From contig NW_027362772.1 of assembly GCF_046119375.1 (NCBI RefSeq), forward strand, positions 54,312,001 through 54,376,000: a stretch of 64,000 nt of DNA, given 5' to 3'. Position numbers and translations under genes: made by a program. The stretch comes from Phyllobates terribilis. Its lineage: Eukaryota. The notes beneath the pieces were generated by a model. That model made no database searches. It was not told the origin of the DNA and saw only the letters and a list, made by a program, of their open reading frames with translations. Below are positions 28,268 through 42,924 of the stretch, piece after piece (position 1 is the stretch's first letter; every line of letters begins with the position of its first letter).

Positions 28268-30707
28268 TCTTAAGGTTAAGCTACAGATGAGCAAAAAATT
28301 CAAAGTACCCTAGTCCGGTGGACTGTTCGGTCCTCCATGGCAGCTACTCCAAGGCACTGTTCACTTTTGTATTGGCAATCCTCTGCCCAGCATCCAGGGC
28401 TCCCCTGCTGCTTATTTGGCCTTACACAATGTCATAATTTGGTTTGTGGCCTAGTAAGCGGCAGAAGCACCCAGAATGCCAGGCAGAGGATTACCGGCTT
28501 AGAAATGAACACAGCTGGCTGCCACAGATGACCAAGTGACATGACAAACTAGTGTAAATTAAACCTTTTTGGCTCCGGTTCCTATTCATTTGGATTGCTT
28601 ATTGCCCTTGTTCCTAAATTCGGGACACTCCTGTATTGTCCCCTGGACACTTCACCTGGTTCGCATTGTGATAATCTAGGTCCTGACACCCTAGACTTTG
28701 TTTCTGTCTAAAACCTTGACTCTGACAATATCACTCTTCAACAATCTGAGACAGTTTTGGGGATCACGTTCTGGGAATCCTCCCTCAGAACTTCGATGGG
28801 GTTAAGGGTGAAGAACAGAGGATTCCTTGCACTCCTCACCCAGTCTAGGCTGAATAGTGCCTTATCTTCCCTGACAAAAAAAGGATTGGAAGTAGAAATT
28901 CAACATGTTCCATCCAGATGATGCCAGAGGTTGAGTTGGGAGGCCCTCATACACATAGCCAACCAATTCTACCAAAAATTGCAAGTTAGGTCAACCTTGC
29001 TCTTAATAAGAAGCAGTTTAGGAAATTACTTTGTCAGCCATATTAGTTTGGTCAACCGGTCACCAATGGAGCCCACAAATCAGTGTCTTTATGACTGTAC
29101 AGAGTGACCATGTTGGCAAATGCGAATTATTAAAAGGGTTATCCATTTGTGTCAGCCATATTGAGCTCGGTCACCAATGGAGCCCACAAATCAGCGTCTT
29201 TATGACTGTACAAAGTGACCATGTTGACAAATGTTAAAAGGGTCATTCAAAAGCGGTCATTTGCTTTGCTACTGCATAGTTGCCAACATTTCTGAAGGCG
29301 CTTTAATCCCGTACCCAAACCTGCCCCCCAGTCCATCCTAGAAAGCCCAATATTGCAAATACCCTCCCTTCTGATGGCCTAGGTGTCTTTGGAAATCCAG
29401 GACAGCTACTGACAACTCTGAGCGGTGATGTTAACCTTATGGCACGTGACCAATGTGGCAACCGGTTTCATACTTACAGCATGTACACGACGACCAGGGA
29501 GACCCCCAAAAATTAGCCTGTGTTTTTTTTGGAAGGGTCTACAAACACTTAAAAGGGTCCTAATTTGATCATTCTCTCGGTTTTCCTCTCCTTTTGTGTT
29601 CGGGGAGATAAAACTCTCTACAGTCTTCAAGGGGCTGTTAATGGCAACCGGAGGACACCTCCGCTTCTTGCAGCCCAGTAGGTGATTGGTTTAGGGCAAA
29701 GTCCCATTAGTAGATTGGAGTAAATTGAAGGTGAAGGACGCTGACAACAGTAAGAAACAACCAAAACTCAGACTTCATTTCATGTTCTTTTATTTTACAA
29801 GGTCAAATAAATTAAAACAGATGCTTGCAGACATGCAATTATAATTTCCCAACAGAAACTGCCGTAGGATAAAGGCTCGGCCACCTAATTTCATCACCGT
29901 CTCAGCGGAAACAGCAGGTGGCGCTGGGCGTCACAAATATAGCGCAAGTCATATGGCTGCATTTTTAATTAATTAGCGGATACAGTACTTCCGTCCATTT
30001 AATGAAGTGCATTTCTGTTACCATTTTAATTACTGTGTGCATCTGGGATCTCGGCTACTCGGCATACAGCGGCGGTATATGGCAGCAAATTCCATGTGGT
30101 ATAATACATTAATAATTATGGCTATGCCGTGGCTTCTCGCCGGTCCTGCGGACGCAGTGTAATAAAGCAAGCCTCATCATAAAGACGCCCAATTATTAAC
30201 TGAGATTATAAACCATGAGAACGCGTTTCACAGACCTATGAAAGGCGATGAGCGGAGGTCTGTCGATATAGGGAATGTATTGGACGTTACATAGGGAGGG
30301 TCATTGAACGGTGAAGCGGCTGTTCAAGGTGCCCACAGGGTAACCATATAGATTATATAGGAGGTGCATAGACGGAAAATCCGCTGCATATTACAAATGA
30401 ATGTTGAGTTCAGGCAAATAGAACTTAAAAGTGCTTAAAGAATATGGCCACTTCGGGGAGATTTTACTTTTAACTTAAATGCAAGTAGTTTAGGCTAGAA
30501 AGAATTTTTGCAATTAGGTTTCATTAAAAAATTGTCACCGTTTGGTTTTTACAGGCTCTTGATTTCTTGCACAATGCTGGTTGCGGAATGAGTTAACTAA
30601 GAATCTGTTAGGGACGGAGATCTAACGATCGCGGTCACACAGGGCCTGTACGGGTGAGGGGGTTTGCAACACCAGTGCCAATTTCACCTGGATACAGATG
30701 AAATGTA

Positions 30708-32338
<1,631 letters not shown>

Positions 32339-32454
32339 TATTGCAGAGCAGAGATCCGCCGGCTCCCTGCACTGCAATACACACTGCAGGCCAGTTATAG
32401 AGGATGACCCCACACATCTTTTTAAAATGTGCTGGAGAATATGCTGCCTATGGG

Positions 32455-32990
32455 CCCAGGATGGGGGGCATTATACAAGGAAGGGGCATTATACCAGGAT
32501 ACCAGGAAGAGGCCCAGAATGGGGGGCATTATACAAGGAAGGGGCATTATACCAGGAAGGGGCCCAGGATGGGGGGGGTGTATTATATCAGGAAGGGGCC
32601 CAGGATGGGGGGGGGGTGTATTATACCAGGAAGGGGCCCAGGATGGGGAGGGGGTGTATTATACCAGGAAGGGGCCCAGGATGGGGGGGGGTGTATTATA
32701 CCAGGAAGGGGCCCAGGATGGGGGGGGGTGTATTATACCAGGAAGGGGCCCAGGATGGGAGGGGGTGTATTATACCAGGAAGGGGCCCAGGATGGGGGAC
32801 ATTATACCAGGAAGGGGCCCAGGATTGGAGATATTGTTATAGGTTGGGACCCAGGATGAGGGGCATTATTACTGGACGTTGCCCAGGATGGAGGACATTA
32901 TTATTCAAAGGGGCCCAGGATGAAGAACATTATTATTCAAAGGGGCCCAGGATGGGGGACGCTGTTACAGGCAGGGGCCAGGATGGGGGA
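32455..32990. repeat. ~36-37 bp G-rich minisatellite (tattataccaggaaggggcccaggatgggggg..)
   Basis: Directly visible tandem units that decay toward the right. Confidence 0.9.
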
Positions 32991-33019
32991 GATTATTACA
33001 GGAAGCAACCAAGACGAAG

Positions 33020-36000
33020 GAAATTACTACATTACTACAAACTACCGAAACCCCTCTTACGCAACACCTGTCCCCCTGACGCCCACCCTGCTGCTCCCTC
33101 TCTCTGGAGCACCGTGGAATGCACGCTCTGTCTGCAACAAGCTCCATTTTGTCCACAACCTCTTTACCTCTCGTCATCTCTCCTTCCTGGGCATCACAGA
33201 GACATGGCTGACACCCTCTGACACTGCCTCCCCTGCTGCGCTGTGTTACGGCAGCCTCCACTTCACCCACACTTCTCGCCCTGGAGACAGACATGGTGGA
33301 GGAGTGGGTCTTCTCCTCTCTAACAATTGCACCTTTAGCCCTACTCCTCCTCTTCCCTCCCTTATTCTCCCTTCTTTTGAAGTCCACTCTGTCCGCATTT
33401 ACTCTCCCTCCAACCTCCAAGTGGCTGTCATATACCGACCAATTCTCCACCTGGCTTCTTTACTTTCTCTCGGCTGACATTCCCACAATCATCATGGGCG
33501 ATTTCAACATCCCCACTGACACTCGCCAGTCACAGCATCAAAACTCCTGTCGCTTACTTCATCCTTTGGACTTACTCAGTGTTCCTCCTCAGCCACCCAC
33601 ACAGACGGACACACACTAGACCTCATCTTCACCCGACTCTGCTCCCTATCTAACCTCACAACCTCCCCCCTACCCCTATCTGACCACCATCTACTCACCT
33701 GCTCATCCCTGTCCTCCTCATCTGTCACCCATGTCTGGCAGCTAGCACACCCCCGCAGAAACCTTGCACATCTAGACACACACACACACTCTCTGACTCT
33801 GTTCTACCACTTACATTCATATCCTCACTCCATGACACAGACAGCGCCACTGCTTTCTACAATGCCACTCTCGCATCAGCTATTGACTCGGTCGCCCCTT
33901 TTGTGCATGGCAGAGCGCGACGAGCCAACAGGCAACCCTGGCACAACAACCTCACTAAACAGCTTCGACAAGCGTCCAGGGTTGCGGAGCGGCGTTTGAA
34001 GAAAACACATACTCAAGAAGACTTCACTGCATTCAAACAAGCAGTGCTCGCATTCAAATCAGCACTCACCTCTGCTAAACAGGCCTACTTCACAACCCTC
34101 ATATCCTCCCTATCCTACAACCCCAAACGGCTATTCAACACTTTTAACTCTCTCCTCCGCCCTCCACTGCCCCCTCCGACCTCCCTCATCTCTGCTGAGG
34201 AGTTTGCCACACACTTCAAAAACAAGATTGACCAAACACGGCAAGTCTTTACTGTCCGACCACCACAACCCCTTTGTTTTCCACACCATTTCCCTACCCC
34301 TATAACCTCCCTTCCCAACTTCACGGAAAGAGACCTTACTCGTCTCCTCTCCAAATCACACCTCACCACATGTGCATTCGACCCCATCCCACCTCCTCCC
34401 CAACCTCACCCCCACACTCGTCCCATCCCTAACCCATCTCTTCAACCTATCACTATCCTCTGGTACCTTCCCTGCTGCCTTCAAACATGCCACAATCACG
34501 CCCATCCTCGACCCATCCGCCCTGTCCAGGTATCGCCCCATATCGCTGCTCCCATTTGCCTCCAAACTCCTTGAGCAACACGTTCACGCCGAACTTTCCT
34601 CCCACTTTTCATCTAACTCTCTCTTCGACAACCGACAATCCGGCTTCCGCCCCCACCATTCCACCGAAACTGCCCTTACCAAAATCACCAATGACCTACT
34701 CACAGCCAAAGCTAACAGACAGTTCTCTGTACTCCTTCTTCTTGACCTGTCCTCTGCTTTCAATACAGTCGACCACTGCCTCCTACTACAGATCCTCTCT
34801 TCCTTTGGCGTCAAAGACCTTGCCCTATCCTGGATCTCCTCATACCTGTCTAACCGCACATTTAGCGTCTCCCACTCCCACGCTACCTCCTCACCCCGCC
34901 CCCTCTCTGTTGGAGTCCCTCAAGGCTGTGTCCTAGGACCCCTACTCTTCTCAATCTATACCCTTGGCCTGGGACAGCTCATAAAATCCTATGGCTTCCA
35001 GTACCATCTGTACGCTGATGACACCCAGATCTACCTCTCTGGCCCAGACGTCACCTCTCTGCTGTCCAGAATCCCAGCATGTCTATCAGCCATATCCTCG
35101 TTCTTCTCCTCCCACCACCTCAAGCTCAATGTGGACAAAACTGAACTCATTATCTTTCCCCCATCTGGCATATCCTTCCCACCTGATCATTCTATCACAA
35201 TAAATTACATCACTCTTTCCCCTGTACCGACAATCCACTGCCTCGGAGTAACGCTTGACTCTGCCCTGTCCTTCAAACCCCACATCCAAGCTCTCACCAC
35301 CTCCTGTCGCCTCCAGCTCTAAAATATTTCCCGAATCCGTCCTTTCCTCAACCCTCAATCTAGTAAACTGCTTGTGCATGCCCTCATCATCTCCCGCCTC
35401 GACTATTGCAACATCCTCCTCTGTGGCCTACCTGCTAACACTCTCGCACCCCTCCAGCCCATCCTCAGCTCTGCTGCACGACTTGTTCATCTCTCGCCTC
35501 GCTACTCCTCTGCTACCCACCTTTGCAAATCGCTTCACTGGCTCCCATTCCCCCAGCGCATCCAGTTCAAACTACTAACACTGACCTACAAAGCCATCCA
35601 TAACCTCTCTCCTCCGTACATCTCTGAACTAATCTCCCGATATATTCCCTCACGTAACCTCCAGTCCCCCCAAGACCTCCTTCTCTCCTCCACACTTATC
35701 CGTTCCTCACCCAATCGCCTCCAAGATTTCTCCCGAATATCCCCCAGCCTCTGGAATTCTGTGCCTCAACACGTCCGATTATCCACCACATCCGGATCCT
35801 TCAGACGGAACCTGAAAACCCATCTCTTCAAGAAAGCCTACAGCCTGCAATGACCCCGCTGCCTCCTCAACAACACCGAAGCTGCTGCAACCCCCAACCT
35901 ATTGTCTCCTCCCCATTCCTGTAGAATGTAAGCCCGCAAGGGCAGGGTCCTCTTCCCTCCGTACCAGTCTATCATTGTTAGTTTGTTTACTGTAAGTGAT

Positions 36001-36078
36001 ATTTTTACTTGGTATGTAACCCCTTCTTATGTACAGCACCATGGAATCAATGGCGCTATATAAATAAATAATAATAAT
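33020..36078 (+). mobile_element. L2 LINE, ORF2 nearly complete but disrupted
   Basis: EN motifs WNARSV, LGITETWL, IMGDFN, LDLIFT and SDHH; RT motifs [24 protein letters not shown] and YADDTQIY; 3' end tgtacagcacc..ggcgctatataaataaataataat. Confidence 0.95.
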
Positions 36079-36839
36079 GATACATGGGGGCAAACACGCA
36101 CGTCTTCATAGGATCTAAAAAACACTACAAAAGCCCATACATCTGATCAACATGCAGGTGGGGGCCCAGGTCCAAACTTTGCCTTGGGATCCATCGGACT
36201 CTAGTTAAGCCACTGGTTAGGAAGTCAGATTTTTTTTTTTTACCATTTTTTTTCCTGAGCTCCTCTTAGGTCCACATCAGAGTTCAGCTCAACATTGATG
36301 TGGTCAGTGGTCATAAATCAGCACAACTCAGATAAAAGGTTTACAAACCCCCCTGTCGGAAAAGCTCAACAAGGGATTCTCAGTGATCTCCTCCTGTAGC
36401 CAGCACTATCCAAAGAACCTGCGCAAAAGCCAACATTTTTAATGAAACCCAATTGTAAAAATTAGTTTTCGCCCAAAATACACGCGTTTAACAAACAAAC
36501 AAAAAACATCTCCCAAAAGTTTCTGTATCCTAAATCCAGATTTTACAGTACAAGCTGCACACATTATTAACTAGATTTCTGATGAGGCTAGTATACAGGA
36601 TGACTGTATAATCTTCTTGACATTAAGCTCTGGCTGGAGTTATGACTGCTCTTCTTAACATCAGACAAGAAAACAAAAACAAAAACAAAAAAACAAAAAA
36701 ACACATTCTAAATTGGATTCCAAAGTAAGTACACCAGTCTGATCAGGGCCAAAATGTATGCAGTTTATATTATAAAATCTGATGTCAGGTTCCTTGTGAA
36801 ATACTATAAACTGGTTAGAAAGATGAAGGAATAGATTGA

Positions 36840-37172
36840 TAAAAGAAAACCTGTCACATATCTGTGGGCAGTATGTTATAGAGCAGGAGAAGCTGAGCAG
36901 ATCGATATATAGTTTTATGAGAAAAGATTTAGTATAAGTTTCATTTCGTGCCATAAAAGTGAGGAGTCCAGTGGGCGGTTCTACTTAGTTTTTAACAGCC
37001 ATACAGGATCAGTCACTGATTAGGACCGCCCACTGGACTCCTAAGCATAAAAAGAGGAGGGATTTAAAGGGATAGAAAGAAAGTCATACGAAAATATTTT
37101 CCCACAAAGTCACATATCAATCGGCTCATCTCCTCCCGCAGATCGGATGCCATGATCAATGTGACAGGTTCC
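36840..37172. mobile_element. T2/Kolobok-type MITE (degenerate)
   Basis: Ends aaacctgtcac / gtgacaggtt; internal inverted repeat ggagtccagtgggcgg / ccgcccactggactcc. Confidence 0.55.
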
Positions 37173-37313
37173 ATGGTCATCTTGCGCCATTCATATCACA
37201 ATATCGTGACACACTACAACTATTAGAGATACTCCGGTGACATTACGAGAAGTAGTGAGCAGCAGTATTTATTAAGTGCAGTAGCGATAAGCACCATCAC
37301 AGTAACTTCAGGT

Positions 37314-38427
37314 CTAAGCAGGTGACTGTGCTCTTGATAGTACTCTCTGGGCATCCTCAGCCATAGCCTCTAAACATCGGCTCAGCACAAGGTAGCTAGC
37401 ATGAAAAGCGATCCCACCAGTGGCTAAAGGACCTAGAAGAGGAAATTTATGCAAGAAAACTCCTGCCACTTCCAACCCAATTCCTGTAGCCGAACCTAAC
37501 AATTTCTGAACGAGCTCACGCGTTACTCCCTTCCCTGCAGGACTCTGGATCTCTACCATGAGCTTTGGAACCGGCACCCCTGACTTATGGGAAAGGTTGG
37601 CTAAAGAGTCACCATCCAGTCCTAGTTCTTGGCGATAAGTGTCCAGACGGGCAGTGAGCAAAGATAGATCGCATGCAATGGCAACTCCAGGGATAGGAAC
37701 GCTAGCCACCAAGCTGGAGAGAAGTGCCACCTTCCAGACTTCTTGAGAAAGCGCTTCCTTTTTCTTCTCAATGACTTCAGCTGACAGATTTGGGAGGGAG
37801 AGCATGAACGCTCGCAATTTGTGACTGGTTAGATTCTTCTCCAGATAACCCAATAATCTATGAAACTCTGGCCCTGGTAGTTTAGCCGGTGATAGTACAA
37901 AGACTTCGTCTTCTCTTGGTCCTGGTGGCATCTCATCATCTTCACAATCTTGGATGAAGATGCTCTTCTTCCCTTCCTTCTTCAGCTCGAGAACGAGAGA
38001 TTTGTAACTACTCGAGGCCTCCTGCCATGGCGTGAGGAACAGCAGAGTAAAGTCGTATCGATTCATGTGAACGCTCTCCAGATACTTTTTTGGCTGAGAC
38101 TCAAGACTTTCCATTCCAGGAAGATCCCACAAGCTGGCTTTGGGATATTTAAGACTGGCATACTCAATTGGGTTTTCTGGATTTCCACCGTGAGCCGAAC
38201 CATCCTCTCCATCCTTCAGGCCACGAAGGGAATTCAAGATAGAGTGACGGAAGCCAGGGTTACCACCCATTAATGCCAGATCGAAACGGGTGTCTAAAAG
38301 GGAGTCCAAACTGCTCTGGATAAATCTGACCATTTCAGAGATCCCGCCTCGTTCTAGTGCAGACTGTAGTTCAGCAATTTCTTCATAGCCGATCACTTCG
38401 TAACCCTGCTGTGCAAGACACAAGGCT
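37314..38427 (-). CDS. irgq: IRGQ terminal coding exon: second, degenerate IRG domain plus C-terminal helical region
   Basis: 369-aa ORF; polypyrimidine acceptor tcttttcctacag| at 38428, in frame with the phase-2 donor at 39749. AQQGYEVIG...RFDLALMG, WDLPG, WKVALLSSL..PIPG...CDLSLL and TGGI...MAEDAQRV match IRGQ/IRGC as recalled. AATAAA at 37268-37273. Confidence 0.85.
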
Positions 38428-39748
38428 CTGTAGGAAAAGAGCAGGACATGATGAACTAAGACGCAAAATTTATGTTTCTGCTCCCTATTACAGTATTGTT
38501 TCTACACTGCAGCAACTACTGGATGTCGTCTCCATAAGGATGAAATCACACATCCAGAATTGGATTCAAGGGGGATTGGAAATAAAACGGACAGGCTTAC
38601 ATTTCTGCAGGATCCACTTCTGGTGTTGGCTAAAACAATGGCATCAAAAACTGCACATGTGATTGCAGCCTTGAAGGGGTATTCTCAAGTTTTGAAGTTA
38701 TCCTCTATCCGTGTGATAGAGCATAACTTCACGATCGCTGAGACCACAAGTGATCCCGAGAACCAGGGCTCTGAAGTGTCTCTTGTGATGGAGCGGTGGT
38801 CGATCATAGACATTCATTATGGGACCACAGGAAATAGCAGAGAGCTCAGTTCAACTGGTCTTCAGCACTCCCAAAAGAATGAAGGGAGTTGCACTGCGCA
38901 TGATCGACCACTGCTCCATTCACACAGGACACTTCAGAGCCCTGGTTTTTGGGATTGGTGGTGGTCCCAGTGACCGGTAAGTTATGGATAGGGAATACAC
39001 CTTCAAAGTGCAGCTATCAATTTTTTTTAATATGTTCTCCCTTCATTACACATCATTTAGCCCTCCGAACCTCCTCCTATCTGCCAGCATCCACTGTGCC
39101 TCTTCTGATCAGAAAGCCCAGCATAATGTCTTGCGAGTGTTGTGCTGCAGGACCTTCTAATTAGAAGAAGCGCCAAGAATGCAGAAGATACGTGGAGGTT
39201 CGCAGAGCTCTGGTCCAGCAGACACGGACTACCAACCAGAGTCCTGCAAATCTTTTCCTCTCCTATTAGCCTCCTTTTCTTTGCTCTATTTTGTCTCATT
39301 TTACAAATTAAACTGATAAATATAGAAATAAAATGTTCTCCTTGTGTCAAAAGAAGCTCAGTCATGCTCCTAACTTATGTATGTGACGGTAATGAAGCTG
39401 GCTGCAGCAGGAGCCTGCCCCCACTAGGACAAGAGATGGTGAAGTCTCACCCATGCTAAGGCCAGTCACCAGCCAAGATAGTAAGTGATGAAAAAGTGGC
39501 AAGAGCATCCAAAGTAGAAAAGTGCCGAGTCTCTGCCAGTGTCTGCCAACTAATGAGCTCAGCGCTGCAGAAAATAACAGGCACAAGGAGCAGCAAGAGA
39601 GACTCGGCGCTCCCCTTACCAAAGTTTTTTTTTTTTTTTTTTATATAAATTTTGATGGTTTCCTATTGAAGTTTTCTGTAGAGGTTTCCATTAAACCATG
39701 GTCTACTCTTACGTTGCCATAGTACTCAGAGGCCAAGTATCTACCCAC

Positions 39749-40395
39749 CTGCCAAGTTCTTTAGATGTAGTTTCTATTTTGGCCTTCAACGATGGCGCAT
39801 CCAATTTGTATGGCTCGAAACCAGACATCAGGAAAAGCGGTAGAGCTTCCTTCTTTGCCACGTCATTAAATGGCAAGAGGGCGACCTTGCGCAATGCCGA
39901 CAACACTTCTACCCTGGAGTACTCTTCTTTCATCCTCCTCTTTAGGGTATGCATATCACAGTCCACCTTGGTGCGCACTAAGCAGAGTCTTTTAGACTGA
40001 GAAAGGGCACTGAGAGCCAAGTCAACATGGGCTTGCGTGAACTGAGCATCCGTGACCAAAAGCAGAAGGTCGGCCTCGGTTATCCACTTCTCGGGAGATC
40101 CATCTTCTAGCGGGAGCTCCCAGAAGGTTAGACCGGGGTGGGAAGGGTGAAGGTACAGCAATGGGCCATCAGGCTTATTAGGATGGAGAAATGCTGCTCT
40201 CGAATTTTGGCCATTCTCGTTGAAGCCAAGAAGGGCCTGTATCAAAACTGTTTTACCAACACCTGGTCCTCCTGCAACAGCCACGGAAAAGTCCCAACAG
40301 TCTTCAAGGGGGGGATCCTCATGGTGTCCTTCATTTTCATCTTCCAGTGGCTTGAATTCAACCTCCTTCAGACTTAGCTCACTGAATGTTTCCAT
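39749..40395 (-). CDS. irgq: IRGQ first coding exon: N-terminal GTPase-like domain
   Basis: Acceptor ctattgcag| 3 nt before the ATG; G1 GGPGVGKT; PGLTFWEL..W..EADLLLLV (recalled human IRGQ PGLFLGEL..WAAEANVLVLV); G4 TKVD; donor AG|GTGGGT. Spliced length 1761 nt = 586 aa. Confidence 0.82.
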
Positions 40396-40829
40396 AACCT
40401 GCAATAGATGGAAAATTACAAATGATGGAGAATTAGGGCCCGAGTGCAGTCCGATGTTTCCCATAGACTCATTGACTTGCACGGCCGAATGCCATCCAAA
40501 TATCGGATCAACCTCGGACATGCAATGATTTGTCAGACGAACCCTAGACTAACATTTGTTCGAGTGCGATCCAATGTTTTGTCGGATCTGAAAATACACT
40601 CGCATGCACCTGCTCTTAAAGGGGTATTCTGGTCAAAGCAAGTTATCGCCAACCAACTGGATTGGTGATATCAGCTAGATTGGTGTGCGTACAACCACTG
40701 GGAACTCCACTGATTCCATCAGTTCTCCTCTGATCTTATGATGAGGGGAGAACTGATGGGATCAGTGGAAGTCACTGCGGCCAGGAGGGGGTTGAACCCC
40801 AAGCTTGGACAACCCCTTTAAGAGGTGCA

Positions 40830-41880
40830 CATCTCTTAATTAATATGGTGCATTTTACTCCAGCGACATATCACACAGAGGGTAAACAGACCCTATTTAA
40901 GTGGTTTATATGTAAAACTACTATAGTTGACCTGTGTTGTTCCAATATATGAAAGGGTTACCAATTGGAGCCCCCCTCCCCAAACAAACAGCTGCAGATA
41001 TTCAATCTTTTCATATGCACATGCTTTCCTATCTATATCATGGCTGCAGCCCACGATTCTATGTAGCGATTTATGTATTTCTCTATTTCATTTTCTTTCT
41101 AACAGATGCCACTAAAGATACTAAAAAACACACATGTATATCTCTCCCCCAACCAGTTTCGCCTATACAGGCTTCCTCAGGGGGCTAGAGCTGCAGCCAT
41201 GATATAAGATAGGAAAGCATGTGCATATGAAAAGATTGAATATCTGTAGCTGTTTGTGTGGTGGGGGGGCTCCAATTGGGGTAACCCTTTCATATATTGG
41301 AACAATACAGGTTCACTATAGTAGTTTTAAGTATAGACCACTTTTTTATAATAATCAATAAGGTGCGTTTTTTCAGAGTTTTTTGATGCTTTTTTATGCA
41401 AATTTTCAGCTGTGTTTTACAGTACCAGCAAAGTCTATGAGATTCCAGAAATCTCATGCACACATCTTGGGTTTGTTTGTTTTTTAATAAGGATTTTGTG
41501 CTTTGCATGTTTTTTTGGAAAATAGAGCATGTCACTTCTTTCAGCGTTTTTTCACCCGTTGGAAGTAATGGGTGATGAAAAAAAAAAAACACACCAAAAA
41601 CGCAAGTGTCTATTTTTTCAGTGTTTTTTGTGCCAAAACCAAAATGAGATTTTTTTTTTTTTTTTTCACTGACCTTTATGTACATGTATAAAGAGACAAA
41701 AAGGACAGTGAAAAAAATGCACCAAAAAACAAAGCAAAAAAGCAAGAAAAATCCTGAACAAACCTCCTACCAAGAGATCAGGATTTGCTGCAGAAAGAAA
41801 AACGCTGAAAAAATGCAATGTGTAAACATAGCCTAAAAGTCATATTTTAGTGCATCCCTTAAATAGTCTGTTTACCCTCT
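40830..41880. repeat. Fold-back element with ~130-bp inverted arms, interrupted by a probable Harbinger-type MITE
   Basis: 40915-41050 is the reverse complement of 41190-41330; outer cagagggtaaacagac / gtctgtttaccctctg. Confidence 0.7.
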
Positions 41881-42131
41881 GGGTAATAAGTTGTTCGGAA
41901 TACCTCATCCCTAAAGGGGTGCTCACACATTGTGTATGCTTACTCCAGCACACTCTTCATCTAAGGCTAGTTTCACACGTCCGGATATTTCCGGTACCGG
42001 AAAAACCAGTACCGGAGATATCCGTGTCCCGTGTGTGTTTTACGTGTTGCATCTGTCAGTGAATATGAATAGCGGTACCAGAGCGCCAATAACAGGGCAA
42101 AAATATTAAAAGGACTGATTTATTAATACAC

Positions 42132-42173
42132 ACACAACGCGTTTCGGTGGACACAGCCACCTTCATCAGGTGT
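42132..42173 (-). ncRNA. Minimal type I hammerhead ribozyme (mirror copy)
   Basis: Exact reverse complement of the plus-strand copy, produced by the palindrome. Confidence 0.7.
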
Positions 42174-42174
42174 G

Positions 42175-42216
42175 ACACCTGATGAAGGTGGCTGTGTCCA
42201 CCGAAACGCGTTGTGT
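42175..42216 (+). ncRNA. Minimal type I hammerhead ribozyme
   Basis: ACAC-CUGAUGA-A-GGUGG(cugugu)CCACC-GAAAC(GC)GU-U-GUGU: conserved core, 5-bp stem II, palindromic stem III, 4-bp stem I. Confidence 0.7.
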
Positions 42217-42924
42217 GTGTATTAATAAATCAGTCCTTTTAATATTTTTGCCCTGTTATTGGCGCTCTGGTACCGCTATTCATATTCACTGACTGTCCTT
42301 TTTCCCCCTGTTGGGGTGCGGTAGAGCTGCCTTTAATCTATTGTTTTTTCACCTGTGGGAGCAATTTAATTAAAATTACTACCCTGGTTTTCCAAGCTGC
42401 GCTGCCTTAACCCCTCCGGAACGCTGCCGGGGGTGTTGGTGAAGCTGGGCGTCTATCTCCGCATTACATGCTACTAACCTGACCACGTGATATACCACCA
42501 AGAGATCAGGATCTGTGAACGCCGCTGGAAATAGATGACAGCCACCAACAGAGCGGAGCTTGTGGAGCTTTACACTGGGGTTGTGCAGAGGTGCACAACT
42601 TCATAAGGTTAGTAGCCATCCCCACACCCCTCTACAAATTGCAATACTGAGTCACCCATTGCGCCTTGTTCTCTCCTCTCTTTACGTGTTGCATCTGGCA
42701 CCTGGGAATCAGCGCTACAGGTAACGCTGTTCCCAAGCGCCAGTGCTGAAAGCTGCCCTCATCATGGTTCCTTGCCGGCGCTGCGATCAGCACAAGCAAG
42801 GACAATGATGAGAGTAGTGGTAGTCTGATCCTGGTGTCCCAACCTGTAAAAATAATAATAAAATAATAATACCTGTGGCGCTGGTTCCCATGCGCCGATC
42901 CGTATCACACTGATGTCATCTGTG

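Larger units (their letters stand above)
42056..42680. mobile_element. Penelope-like element fragment (pseudo-LTR with inverted copy)
   Basis: 17-bp flanking duplication TTTACGTGTTGCATCTG (42039-42055, 42681-42697); perfect 119-bp inverted repeat; CTGATGA...GAAACGCGT..AATAAA signature. Confidence 0.75.

Noticed and set aside
39709-39748. irgq exon 1 as a standalone 270-aa gene; likewise 49954-50682 and the two second exons as separate genes
   Set aside because: Canonical donors and in-frame acceptors join each pair, and the ORF-track starts fall in intronic sequence.
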